The notes: generated by a model from the sequence alone, not told the origin. A stretch of DNA of 64,000 bases from Legionellales bacterium (GCA_027486005.1 JAIXPZ010000083.1:1192-65191); one strand, 5' to 3'. Shown: positions 17,353-27,306, numbered from the stretch's first letter. Program-made: numbers and translations.

Positions 17353-18417
17353 ATGATGCGTAAATCAGTGTGGATAAGCGTTTTTGCAGCTTTGTTGCTA
17401 CTAGTGACCAGTTACGCGTGGGTACATTTTCAAATGCAACATAAGCCTGTCATGCCGAAGATAACCCCCAGTGTGACGGTATTTCAAGTGAAAACAGAAA
17501 ATTATCAGCCTACGATTGAGGCAGTGGGTACCTTGCAAGCCAATCAGGGGGCGGTGTTAAAAGCGCAAGCCGATGGGCAAGTTGACAGTATTCATTTCGC
17601 GCCGGGTGACGCAGTGAAACAGGGCGATATCCTGGTGACTTTAAACAATGTGCAACAAAAGGGAGCCTTAGACGCAGCGATTGCGCAACAAAAACTCAAT
17701 AAAGCCATGTATCAGCGTGATTTGGAATTAAAAAAATTAGGGGCGATATCGCTTGCTGCGGTGGATCAAGCCAAAGCGACGCTGGAGGTCGGTGCTGCTG
17801 CGGTGGATGAAGCGCAGGGCGTCTATGATCTTACCATTATTAAAGCGCCTTTTTCTGGAAGAGTCGGTATTATTAAAGTGAATTTAGGAGATTATTTACA
17901 ATCTTCCGATTCGATTGTCAGTTTACAAAATCTTGATCCCATGTTTGTCGATTTTTATGTGCCTGAAAAATTATTCAGTGCGATTAAAAAAAACGAGATG
18001 GTGAATGTTATTGCTAACGTATCACCGGATCAAGTGTTCACCGGACACATCGTGAATTATGAAACGGTGGTCGATCAAACCACGGGGATGTTACAAGTTA
18101 GAGCGGCGGTTCCTAATCCAAAAGAAACGCTTTTGCCAGGAGGATATGCGACGGTGAAAGTAGATATTGGTACTTCGCGCACGACTTTATCGATTCCACA
18201 AACTGCGTTGATGTACGATACCTCTGGCGCGTATGTTTATCTTGTGCAAGATAATGTAGCGGTGCGACAAAACGTACAAATAGGCACACAGATTAATCAA
18301 AGCATTCAAGTCCTCTCTGGCTTAAAATCGGGGGATGTGATTGTCAGCGCAGGAACGAATAAAGTGCAAAAGGGTGGGGAAATTAATGCGGTTGCGATAG
18401 AAACAGGGGATGTATGA
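17353..18417 (+). CDS. RND efflux periplasmic adaptor (membrane fusion protein)
   Basis: HlyD/MFP pattern 'IKAPFSGRVG' with an N-terminal membrane anchor. It overlaps the RND pump start. Confidence 0.9.
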   Translation: MMRKSVWISVFAALLLLVTSYAWVHFQMQHKPVMPKITPSVTVFQVKTENYQPTIEAVGTLQANQGAVLKAQADGQVDSIHFAPGDAVKQGDILVTLNNVQQKGALDAAIAQQKLNKAMYQRDLELKKLGAISLAAVDQAKATLEVGAAAVDEAQGVYDLTIIKAPFSGRVGIIKVNLGDYLQSSDSIVSLQNLDPMFVDFYVPEKLFSAIKKNEMVNVIANVSPDQVFTGHIVNYETVVDQTTGMLQVRAAVPNPKETLLPGGYATVKVDIGTSRTTLSIPQTALMYDTSGAYVYLVQDNVAVRQNVQIGTQINQSIQVLSGLKSGDVIVSAGTNKVQKGGEINAVAIETGDV

Positions 18418-21400
18418 GTAAACCAACGGATTTTTTTATTCAACGCCCGGTATTTTCGACAGCCTTAAGTTTATTACTGTTTGTTGTTGGGCTGATTGCT
18501 TATGATCAATTAGAGCTTCGTCAATATCCGAGAATGGAAGCGAATGTTGTTTCAATTTCGACCACTTATAAAGGTGCAAATGCCGATACGGTGGAAAGTT
18601 TTGTCACCACCCAAATTGAAGATGCGATTGCCGGTGTTGATAACATTGATTATATCACGTCTTCTAGTACAGCAGGGAAAAGCCGTGTCACACTCCATTT
18701 AACCTTGAATGCGGATGTTAATACTGCATTACAAGATGTGAGTAGCGATCTTGCTTCAGTCACAAAATCACTTCCTGATGGCGTGGATGATCCCGTTGTG
18801 ACGAAAATCGATCCGGATGCAGCGCCTGGATTAGTGATTGGTTTCTCCAGTAGTAAAAAGTCGGCACCCGAAATTACGGATTATTTAAGTCGAGTGATTG
18901 TACCACAAATTGTGACCGCGTCCGGCGTCGGCGCTGTCGATCTATTGGGGGATCGTACTTACGCGATGCGTGTGTGGTTGGACCCGTTGAAAATGGCCAA
19001 GTTAGGTGTGAGCTCGAACGATGTTCAAGATGCGTTAAACGATAATAATGTTCAAGCGCAACCTGGTTCTGTGCGTCGCGATGAACAAGTCTTAACGATC
19101 AACGCCCAAACCGATTTACAAACGGCGGAAGAATTTAATCAATTAGTGGTGAAACATAGCGGCCATCAGTTAATACGTATTCAAGATATTGGACGCGCAG
19201 AATTGGGAGCTGAATCATACAACAAAAGTTTGTATGTCGGCGGAAAAATTGGAGTGGGACTTGCGATTACCATTAAATCGAATGCCAATCCTCTAGTAGT
19301 GTCTGTTGACGTAAAAAAAGTATTGGATAAACTTCAAAAACAAATGCCGCCTGATATGTCGATGCAATATGCGCAAGACAGTTCAAAGTATATTGCCTTA
19401 TCGATTAATGAAGTTATTCGCACGATTATAGAAGCCTCCATATTTGTTTTCATTGTTATCTTTTTGTTTATCGGTTCGTTACGTGCGGTATTGATTCCAA
19501 TGGTGACCGTGCCTTTATCGCTGGTCACTACGTTTGCGTTTATGTTTGCGATGGGATACAGCGTGAATACCTTAACCTTGTTGGCGTTTGTTTTTGCGAT
19601 TGGTATGGTGGTGGATGATGCGATTGTGGTATTGGAAAATATTCATCGCCATATTGAAGAAGGATTATCACCGTTTAATGCGGCTATTACCGGCGCACGC
19701 GAAATTGTATTTGTCGTGATTGCTATGACGTTTACTTTAGTGGCGGTTTATGCGCCGATTGGATTTACGACTGGTTTAACCAGTGTTTTATTTAAAGAAT
19801 TTGCATTTACACTGGCAGCGGCAGTGGTGATTTCTGGATTTACGGCGTTAACCCTTTCACCAATGATGTGTGCAAAATTAATGAAGCCTATGCAAAAAAA
19901 ATCGCGCATGGAAGTAAAAATAAACGCGATGATTTTTTCTATTACCGAAAAATATAAAACATTTTTAACACTAACGTTTAATAATAGAATCATGATTGTT
20001 GTGATTATGATCGGTGTTATTGTATTAGGCGCTGTATTTTTTCCGCCGCTACAAGCGGCAAGCACCTTAGCGCCGACCGAAGATCAGGGGGCGCTGACGG
20101 GTAAAGCAACCGCGCCTACAGCGGCAAATATTGATTATACTAGTAAATACACCGGACCTCTCAATACGGAATTGAAAAAAATTCCAGAAGTTGAACATCA
20201 GGTGATTATCAATGGCCAAGGCGGAGAAAATTACGCAGGTTTTTATCTTGGTTTGATAGACTGGTCAGAGCGCGATCGTTCTGCGGCAGACATACAAAAA
20301 GAGTTGATGAATATCACCAGTAAAATTCCAGGCATGAAATTTTCATTTTTTAGCCCGAGCAGTCTTCCAGGCTCCAGTGGTGTTGCATCTACACAGTTGG
20401 TTTTAAAATCTACCGGCAGCTTTGAAGAACTCAATACCATTTCACAAAAACTCATCACACAGTTAGAAACGGTACCGGGCGTCTTGAATGCTGATTCTGA
20501 TTTAAAATTAAATAGCCCACAAGTCATGGTGCGAATAGATAGAGACCGCGCCTCTTCATTAGGTATTAGTATGTCAGATATTAATACCACACTTAATTTT
20601 GCCTTGGGAGAACCAACGGTGGGCTCTTTTGTCAGAGATGGGCAAGGTTATGATGTTATTCCACAGCTAGATGCGTTGTATAGTAATGATCCTGAAAAAT
20701 TAAATCATCTCTATGTAAAAACGGAAGCAGGGCAGTTGGTTCCTCTTGCCAATATTATTACCGTTACGAATACTGTTTCACCCGATACGCTGAATCATTT
20801 TCAACAGCAGCGCTCCGTGACCATTACGCTTATATTGTCTGAAGGCAGTGGGCAACAACAAGCGATTAATGCTTTTGAAACGTTGTTGAAAAACGATCAG
20901 TTGCCGGAATACATGAGTTACGATTTTTCCGGTGATACGCGTCAGTTTGCTACATCGGGGAGTTCTATGCTGACGATATTTTTATTCTCACTTGTTTTTA
21001 TTTATTTAGTTTTAAGTGCGCAGTTTGAAAGTTTTATGGATCCGTTTATTGTGATGTTTACCGTTCCGCTGGCCCTGGTGGGTGCCTTGATTACGTTATA
21101 TTTTGTGGGGGCATCGCTGAATATTTATACGGCAATAGGATTGATCACTTTGGTTGGATTGATTTCAAAACACGGTATTTTGATGGTAGCGTTTGCCAAT
21201 CAACTTCGAGAAACAGGGCTAAGTATTCAGGAAGCTATTAAAGCGGCCGCTGCCGTTAGATTACGTCCTATTTTGATGACAACAGCAGCCGTTATTTTAG
21301 GCGCACTCCCGTTGATTTTAGCCAACGGAGCTGGATCTGTTGCTCGTTCACAGATGGGATGGACCATTGCCGGCGGTATGATGTTTGGAACGGTATTAAC

Positions 21401-21452
21401 CTTGTTTATCATTCCTACTATTTATACTTTATTTAAAGAAAAAAGTCTTTAG
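18414..21452 (+). CDS. RND family efflux permease (AcrB/MdtB-like)
   Basis: 1012 aa. 'FIQRPVFSTALSLLLF' N-terminus and 12-TM architecture with two large loops. Confidence 0.93.
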   Translation: MSKPTDFFIQRPVFSTALSLLLFVVGLIAYDQLELRQYPRMEANVVSISTTYKGANADTVESFVTTQIEDAIAGVDNIDYITSSSTAGKSRVTLHLTLNADVNTALQDVSSDLASVTKSLPDGVDDPVVTKIDPDAAPGLVIGFSSSKKSAPEITDYLSRVIVPQIVTASGVGAVDLLGDRTYAMRVWLDPLKMAKLGVSSNDVQDALNDNNVQAQPGSVRRDEQVLTINAQTDLQTAEEFNQLVVKHSGHQLIRIQDIGRAELGAESYNKSLYVGGKIGVGLAITIKSNANPLVVSVDVKKVLDKLQKQMPPDMSMQYAQDSSKYIALSINEVIRTIIEASIFVFIVIFLFIGSLRAVLIPMVTVPLSLVTTFAFMFAMGYSVNTLTLLAFVFAIGMVVDDAIVVLENIHRHIEEGLSPFNAAITGAREIVFVVIAMTFTLVAVYAPIGFTTGLTSVLFKEFAFTLAAAVVISGFTALTLSPMMCAKLMKPMQKKSRMEVKINAMIFSITEKYKTFLTLTFNNRIMIVVIMIGVIVLGAVFFPPLQAASTLAPTEDQGALTGKATAPTAANIDYTSKYTGPLNTELKKIPEVEHQVIINGQGGENYAGFYLGLIDWSERDRSAADIQKELMNITSKIPGMKFSFFSPSSLPGSSGVASTQLVLKSTGSFEELNTISQKLITQLETVPGVLNADSDLKLNSPQVMVRIDRDRASSLGISMSDINTTLNFALGEPTVGSFVRDGQGYDVIPQLDALYSNDPEKLNHLYVKTEAGQLVPLANIITVTNTVSPDTLNHFQQQRSVTITLILSEGSGQQQAINAFETLLKNDQLPEYMSYDFSGDTRQFATSGSSMLTIFLFSLVFIYLVLSAQFESFMDPFIVMFTVPLALVGALITLYFVGASLNIYTAIGLITLVGLISKHGILMVAFANQLRETGLSIQEAIKAAAAVRLRPILMTTAAVILGALPLILANGAGSVARSQMGWTIAGGMMFGTVLTLFIIPTIYTLFKEKSL

Positions 21453-21510
21453 GACCAGCATCAAGAAAAGGACTTGAGCTAAATGTAAGCACTTTCGGAA
21501 ACCCATCCTT

Positions 21511-21567
21511 TCAGGTTATGTCGCAATGAATTTAATGTGCCAGAAAAAGTATGAGGCGAGTTTTTGC
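21511..21567. repeat. About 57-bp IS-end-like repeat, copy 1 (TGTCGCAATGAATTTAATGTGCCAGAAAAAG...)
   Basis: Direct repeat of 22907-22970. It abuts the 3' side of the IS6 transposase remnant and contains a GGCAC motif on the minus strand. Confidence 0.5.
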
Positions 21568-21576
21568 CTGGCATGG

Positions 21577-21945
21577 CTAGCCTGCCAATACATAAAATTG
21601 CTCGAAAATGGATTGATTTTCACCACTTTTACCAAGCGTTACGTTTTCTGGTAATCCATGCAAGCCAATAGTTTTGACAAAAAAGGCTTTGGCTGAAGGC
21701 TTATCTCTATTTTCAGATAATATAAAATCAACCGTATCTCCAAATTTGTCCGCCGCGCGATACAAATAATACCACACACTTTTTATTTTGATGTAGGTCT
21801 CGTCCATACGCCAACGGGAATTAATTTTTTTATTGTAATTTTTTCTAAATGCTTTTTCTAACAAAGGCGCGCAACGAATGACCCAGCGATTAAGTGTAGA
21901 GTGGCCGACATTATACAAGTGGCCCGAAAACGCACACCCGTTCAC
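21577..21945 (-). pseudogene. IS6-family (IS26-like) DDE transposase remnant, truncated at both ends
   Basis: 'STLNRWV...RWRMDETYIKIKSVWYYLYRAADKFGDTVDFILSENRDKPSAKAFF' matches the central IS6 transposase core. Only 122 aa remain, with no proper N-terminus or C-terminal catalytic E region. Confidence 0.75.
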
Positions 21946-21993
21946 ACACTGCCTTTTAGGTCATTACATTAGAACCGCCAAGAGGCCGTCGGT

Positions 21994-22890
21994 TCAACTC
22001 TGGCTAACCTGATGTTTTTTTGTTGAGATGGGGTTAGTTTCAGAAACTGAAAAATTATTAAAATAATTACGTTGCTCAGAGGTAAATGCCCATTGATCAG
22101 GATCACTACCGCCAGGGAAAGCATCTATCTGCGCATAGGAGATGTGTAAACTAGAATCGACTCTGAGCTCTATATTTTGTAAATCTAAATGAAGATCGCC
22201 ATTTACCCACACGCGCACATAACCATCTGCTTTGCCTATGGTATTCAGCTTGACCTCTTGTGTTAGCGTTGTCCATTGACCTGGGGTAAAGTAATAAGGA
22301 GTATCTAAGTCAATATAGTCTCCGCAATCTTCTTTTTTATCAGGATTATACACATACAGATAGAGTTTCAGCTGCTCGTTCTCGTTGCGCCACATGTAGC
22401 GGGTGCTAAATCCTTTAGTGTTACTTACACAACCTGATTCATCCTCGTCTGAAGCTAAGCCGGGCAGCTTGCCGCCGCCTTTTTCAGGAGCATCAAAGCC
22501 AGCGGGAAATAGTACATCGTATTGAAAAAATAGACTGTCATAATTTTCTTGTAATGGCGCTGGAAAAGCGACACCAGCAGAGCCTCCTACTTCACCCTTG
22601 GGGAAAACTACCTTGAACAAATGATCCTCATTGGCGCTGCTCAATCGATTATGGCTATTTTTTTTCTTGCGTTTAGGTCCCTTAGCTAAATTAGACGCAT
22701 CACTAATGTAGAGATTATCTTTCTCTGATGAGTACATGCTAGTCAACCAATCTACTTTAAATTCTTCTTTTTGATACTGACCAATAGTGTTTTTATCAAA
22801 ATTCACGGGCTGCTTCACTGTTAGCGCATAATTATAAGAGCTACTAACGAACAGTAAAGATCCAAGAAGACATTGATATAATGTTTTCAT
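21994..22890 (-). CDS. Secreted polysaccharide-lyase-like protein (PL14/PF14099-like)
   Basis: Signal peptide 'MKTLYQCLLGSLLFVSSS'. 'GGGKLPGL...GFSTRYMWR...LYLYVY...VWVNG...FPGG' resembles the Polysacc_lyase fold family as I remember it. Confidence 0.55.
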   Translation of the reverse strand: MKTLYQCLLGSLLFVSSSYNYALTVKQPVNFDKNTIGQYQKEEFKVDWLTSMYSSEKDNLYISDASNLAKGPKRKKKNSHNRLSSANEDHLFKVVFPKGEVGGSAGVAFPAPLQENYDSLFFQYDVLFPAGFDAPEKGGGKLPGLASDEDESGCVSNTKGFSTRYMWRNENEQLKLYLYVYNPDKKEDCGDYIDLDTPYYFTPGQWTTLTQEVKLNTIGKADGYVRVWVNGDLHLDLQNIELRVDSSLHISYAQIDAFPGGSDPDQWAFTSEQRNYFNNFSVSETNPISTKKHQVSQS

Positions 22891-22906
22891 ATATACTCCT
22901 TTTTTT

Positions 22907-22970
22907 GATTTTGTCGCAATTAATTCAGTGTGCCAGAAAAAGCATCATGAGGCGAGTTTCTGCTGGGCAT
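22907..22970. repeat. About 60-bp IS-end-like repeat, copy 2 (TGTCGCAATTAATTCAGTGTGCCAGAAAAAG...)
   Basis: Same orientation as copy 1 and about 85% identical by eye. No transposase gene is adjacent. Confidence 0.5.
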
Positions 22971-22978
22971 AGAATCGC

Positions 22979-23401
22979 TTACTTCACTAGCAAAACATCG
23001 CAAGCGGCGTTATGTGCAACACCATCGGCGGTAGAGCCAAGAAGTGTCGTAATGACGTTATTTTCACCATGACTGCCTACGATAATTAAATCGATATTAA
23101 GTTTTTTTGCCAAATTGACGATACCCGCTTTGGGCAATGACTCTTCAAGATAAAAATTCTCTGCTAGGATTTCTAATTCTTTAGCGATTTGTGCTAATTT
23201 TTCTTTTGCAGCTTGGATGATGCTCTGCTCATCAATCAATGCTGCACTGGCATAAGTAAAGGCTGCCGCTGGCAATGGTTCAATAAAGTGAACTAGATGT
23301 AATTTTGCATTACATGAAGTGGCGAGGCATTTTGCACGGTTAAGGGTCCGTCCGCATTTTTCAGAAAAAGCCGTGGTAACTAAAATGTTTTGGTATGACA
23401 T
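22979..23401 (-). CDS. Universal stress protein (UspA family)
   Basis: 140 aa; 'IDLIIVGSHGEN...LGSTADGVAHNAACDVLLV' C-terminal ATP-binding motif. Confidence 0.9.
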   Translation of the reverse strand: MSYQNILVTTAFSEKCGRTLNRAKCLATSCNAKLHLVHFIEPLPAAAFTYASAALIDEQSIIQAAKEKLAQIAKELEILAENFYLEESLPKAGIVNLAKKLNIDLIIVGSHGENNVITTLLGSTADGVAHNAACDVLLVK

Positions 23402-23489
23402 AATTTTTTTCCTTCTAAAGTGTAACTTAAGCGGAGAAGTAGAAATGAGTATAACTTTTTATTGAAAAAAAGAGGCCGCTTAATGAAGA

Positions 23490-23640
23490 TAAATCTCAAT
23501 TACGGTGAGGGATAGCATTACGCTACCCCTATCCGTACCAGCTTCCTTGCTGTTATTATGTGCATCCATGCTGGACCGTCCTTGGTTAGAAACAATCCTT
23601 GTTCCTTTTCCTTGTGAGTCACTCCATGTCACAAGCCTAA
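23490..23640 (-). ncRNA. Candidate CsrA/RsmA-titrating sRNA (RsmY/RsmZ-like), copy A
   Basis: Eight minus-strand GGA motifs lie within 94 nt, mostly as CAAGGA or CATGGA. Hairpin CUUGUGA-[CAUGGAGUGAC]-UCACAAG (23611-23635) presents a GGA in its loop. A 16-bp terminal hairpin lies at 23501-23537. The ends are approximate. Confidence 0.5.
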
Positions 23641-23859
23641 TATTAGCACAAAAAATGTAATTAGCTGGATTCGCAGAGGCCTCCATTTATACGTTTTTGG
23701 GCTATAATGAAGCTAAATTGTTATCAGTGTGTTAGAATAATCAAAGGGGTAGCGCAGTTTCTATAAAAAATTATTAACTCACGCGCTCGTAAAGCGCACA
23801 TGGTTTTAAGCGATGTCTCACGTTTTTATACGTAATGTTCATTGAGCAAGGAGAGGTTT

Positions 23860-25002
23860 ATGATCAAAAAATGCCTCATTATCATTACTGGAATGATGTG
23901 GACAAACTTATTGCTTGCAGCAATCAGTTTTCCTTACGAACATACTGATGTTCAGCTATTGAAAAATCCTTATGGCATTACCAGTATTCGTTTACAAGAA
24001 GAGCAATATCAACAGCATATGGCTCATCCAAGTGTCAGCATTAGAACAATCAATGTTGACTCTAAAAATCAACACATCTTGAATTTCTCTGATTTATTTT
24101 CTAATGAAGAAAACGCCCTGCAAATTATCGCGACATACTCTCAGGCTTATTTTATGGAGAAGTTGTCACAAGAGAAGCTTCCATCAGAAAATTTTTTATC
24201 CCGTAGCGAATTTATTAAAACAGGCACAACACCTAAATTAGAGAACTACCAACATTGGAATGTTGTTGCAGATTACTTACAAATCACTTTTGAACGCGCC
24301 CAAGTTGAACCTTCTTATTATGGAGTACAGAAAGTTGATGTGCCACTTGCGTTACTTATGAATGTACTGAACCCAAAATTGTTTCCTAATATATTTCAAC
24401 TAGCGCCAGGAGATTTGTTATTTCAAGATCTTGCTTGTGGCGAACTGTGTGATGGAATTAATAGCACCACCTATGGGTACCGTCACACGACAGTTTCACA
24501 TGTTGGCATGATAGTGGCTATCGATAAAACTCAACCGGAAGTGATTGAAGCAGGTAGCGCAGGCGTAAAGCTCACACCGCTCTATGAATTTTTAGTCAGA
24601 AGTGTAGATGAGTTTGGACATCCTCGCGTGATGGTAGGAAGAGTTGATGATAAACTAAAGCCGTTAATTCCCAAGGCAATTAAAGAAGCTCTACAGTATC
24701 TTGATTATCCGTACAATCCAACTTTTTTACCAGATGCAAAAGGATTATACTGTTCGCAATTGATTACACGAGCATTTTTTGAGGCAAACAATAATGTGAC
24801 GATTTTTGCATCGCACCCTATGAATTTCAAAACAGAAAATCCTAATGTGTTCTCTCCTGCTTGGGTAAGGTATTTTTCTGAATTAAAGCAATCCATTCCA
24901 CAGGGCGAGTCGGGTAATAACCCAGGAATGTTGTCGCGTGATACCCAGGTTCATGTGGTATATTTCTATGGAAAGCTTCGCGCACAAGAAACAATAGGAT
25001 AA
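23860..25002 (+). CDS. Secreted fusion protein: DUF3298-like N-terminal domain plus YiiX-family permuted papain-like (NlpC/P60-type) domain
   Basis: The ATG at 23860 follows AGGAGAG and gives a signal peptide. The C-terminal half 'GDLLFQD...VSHVGMIVAI...GLYCSQLITRAF' matches the YiiX pattern. Confidence 0.65.
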   Translation: MIKKCLIIITGMMWTNLLLAAISFPYEHTDVQLLKNPYGITSIRLQEEQYQQHMAHPSVSIRTINVDSKNQHILNFSDLFSNEENALQIIATYSQAYFMEKLSQEKLPSENFLSRSEFIKTGTTPKLENYQHWNVVADYLQITFERAQVEPSYYGVQKVDVPLALLMNVLNPKLFPNIFQLAPGDLLFQDLACGELCDGINSTTYGYRHTTVSHVGMIVAIDKTQPEVIEAGSAGVKLTPLYEFLVRSVDEFGHPRVMVGRVDDKLKPLIPKAIKEALQYLDYPYNPTFLPDAKGLYCSQLITRAFFEANNNVTIFASHPMNFKTENPNVFSPAWVRYFSELKQSIPQGESGNNPGMLSRDTQVHVVYFYGKLRAQETIG

Positions 25003-25007
25003 ATAAC

Positions 25008-26333
25008 GTGGAAAAAACACCTCACAAATTAGGCATTATAGCACTGACCGCATTAGTGACCGGCAACATGATCGGCTCGGGAATTTTTTTGTTACCTGCG
25101 GACCTTTCTCATATAGGCAGTATTAGCATCGTCTCTTGGTTAATTACTGGCTCGGGCGCTTTATTGCTTGCATTTGTTTTCGCTAATTTCAGTATGCTTC
25201 TACCTAAAGTGGGCGGCCCATATGCTTATGTAACCGCAGAACTAGGACAATTTCTAGGTTTTCAGACGGCTTATTGTTATTGGATTGCTGCGTGGGTCGG
25301 TAATGCAGCGATTGCAATTGCTTTGGCTGGCTATTTATCAGTTTTTTTCCCTGTGCTGACTCAGCCATGGCCCGCATGTTTTTGTGCGCTAGGTTTTTTG
25401 TGGCTTTTAACATTATTGAATATTACTAGCATGAAGGGGATAGGGTTTTTTCAAATCGTAACAACGTTTCTGAAGCTACTTCCAATATTGTTTATTGGTA
25501 CGATTGGTTGGGCATATATTCATCCTGCTTATTTTACAGAAGCAATAAATGTTACCGTGCCGCATCAATCCAATTTTTCTGCGATTAACTATGCAGTTGC
25601 TCTAACCTTTTGGTCATTTATTGGTTTAGAGTCAGCGACTTTACCCGTAGATTCTGTAAGTAATCCTAAGCGCAATATTCCTTTAGCGACATTGCTAGGT
25701 ACTGGTATTGCTGCTGTAGTTTATATCTTAAGTTCATCAGCGGTGTTGGGCATCGTGCCGCTAGAGCAACTTCAACAAAGTAGCGCTCCTTTTGCATTAG
25801 CTGCCAATATCGTTGCTGGACCTATTGGTGGATATGTTATTGCATTGGGCGCGATTATTTCTTGCGTGGGTTGTTTAAGTGGTTGGATACTGATGCAAGG
25901 ACAAATCGCTATGGCTGCAGCAAATGATGGCGTTTTTCCTAAACGATTTTCTAAACGAAATAAATCAGGTATTCCTGTTTTTGCTGTTGTAATCACTTCT
26001 CTACTTATTTCTATTTTATTGCTTACAACAGTATCAAAATCACTGGTTGAACAGTTTGAGTTTATTATTTTAATCGCTGTTTTTGCTGTCTTAATACCTT
26101 ATTTTTATACGGTACTTGCCTATTGGATAAAACAACGAAACGCTCCTTTCACACGAAAAATAGCCATAAAACTTGTTGTTGCACTGCTTGCTGGTATTTA
26201 TGTTGTTTGGGCTATAATTGGGTCAGGACAAAAAATTATTGCATATGGTACAGTACTGTTATTGGGGAGTGTATTTTTTTATATTCCGATTTTAATAAGG
26301 AACAAGCGCGATGTCGACCAACTTAAAAGGTAG
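25008..26333 (+). CDS. arcD: APC-superfamily basic amino acid antiporter, probable arginine:ornithine antiporter
   Basis: 'GNMIGSGIFLLPADL' motif; 441 aa, about 12 TM. It lies directly upstream of and overlaps arcB. The substrate is inferred from operon context. Confidence 0.75.
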   Translation: MEKTPHKLGIIALTALVTGNMIGSGIFLLPADLSHIGSISIVSWLITGSGALLLAFVFANFSMLLPKVGGPYAYVTAELGQFLGFQTAYCYWIAAWVGNAAIAIALAGYLSVFFPVLTQPWPACFCALGFLWLLTLLNITSMKGIGFFQIVTTFLKLLPILFIGTIGWAYIHPAYFTEAINVTVPHQSNFSAINYAVALTFWSFIGLESATLPVDSVSNPKRNIPLATLLGTGIAAVVYILSSSAVLGIVPLEQLQQSSAPFALAANIVAGPIGGYVIALGAIISCVGCLSGWILMQGQIAMAAANDGVFPKRFSKRNKSGIPVFAVVITSLLISILLLTTVSKSLVEQFEFIILIAVFAVLIPYFYTVLAYWIKQRNAPFTRKIAIKLVVALLAGIYVVWAIIGSGQKIIAYGTVLLLGSVFFYIPILIRNKRDVDQLKR

Positions 26334-27306
26334 AAGTTTTTTAACACTACGTGATTTTTCATCATTAGAAATAGAATATCTTTTGCAGCTTTCACATGAT
26401 TTGAAAGAGAAAAAGCGTACCGGGCATTCAAATGAGCTATTAAAAAATAAGAGCATTGTGTTGATTTTTGATAAACCCTCAACACGAACTCGCTGTGCAT
26501 TTGAAGTGGCAACTTATGATGAAGGCGGTCATGTCACTTTTTTAGAAAATAGTCATATGGGGAAAAAAGAATCCCTCGAAGACACAGCTAAAGTATTGGG
26601 CCGCATGTACGATGGCATCCAATATCGTGGCTACTCACATAGCGATGCGGAAACTCTTGCATTGCATGCAGGAGTTCCAGTGTGGAATGGTTTAACCGAT
26701 CAGTACCATCCTACGCAAATTTTAGCGGATCTGTTAACGATTCGTGAACATATTGCTAAACCACTGAATAAAGTAAAACTGGTTTATGTGGGTGATGCTC
26801 GTAACAACATGGGCAATTCTTTATTGATCGGTGCTGCAAAAATGGGTATGCATTTTATGGGTCTTGCGCCAAAAGCACTATGGCCTGAAAAAAGTTTTAT
26901 TGATGGTTTGGATGCTATTGCTCGTGAAACGAATGCAACGTTGGAGTATTCTGAAGATATTGCGACAGCCGTCAAAGATGCCGATGTTATTTATACTGAC
27001 GTATGGTTTTCTATGGGCGAAGAGGATCAAATGGCAGCACGCATTGAACAGCTTAAAGCTTATCAAGTGACAATGGATATGATACGTAAAACCCAAAACT
27101 CAGATGTAGTATTTATGCATTGTTTACCCGCTTATCATGATACTAATACTAAAGTAGGAAAAGAGATATTTGAAAAGTTCGGCTTGAGTGAGCTAGAAGT
27201 CACTGATGAAGTGTTTCGCAGCCGTCATTCTATTGTGTTTGATCAAGCAGAAAATCGTTTACATACAATCAAAGCAGTTATTGTTGCCACGATTGGTCAT
27301 GTTTAA
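26311..27306 (+). CDS. arcB: Ornithine carbamoyltransferase (catabolic context)
   Basis: 'STRTRCAFE', 'HPTQILAD' and 'FMHCLPA' motifs. Confidence 0.93.
   Translation: MSTNLKGRSFLTLRDFSSLEIEYLLQLSHDLKEKKRTGHSNELLKNKSIVLIFDKPSTRTRCAFEVATYDEGGHVTFLENSHMGKKESLEDTAKVLGRMYDGIQYRGYSHSDAETLALHAGVPVWNGLTDQYHPTQILADLLTIREHIAKPLNKVKLVYVGDARNNMGNSLLIGAAKMGMHFMGLAPKALWPEKSFIDGLDAIARETNATLEYSEDIATAVKDADVIYTDVWFSMGEEDQMAARIEQLKAYQVTMDMIRKTQNSDVVFMHCLPAYHDTNTKVGKEIFEKFGLSELEVTDEVFRSRHSIVFDQAENRLHTIKAVIVATIGHV

Noticed and set aside
19334-21412. Several minus-strand ORFs (61-115 aa) inside the RND pump gene
   Set aside because: They are antisense shadows within a 1012-aa gene of unambiguous identity.
23480-23686. 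68-aa minus-strand ORF in the uspA/YiiX intergenic gap
   Set aside because: It has no RBS and an odd composition. The region is better explained by the GGA-motif and hairpin architecture of a non-coding RNA.
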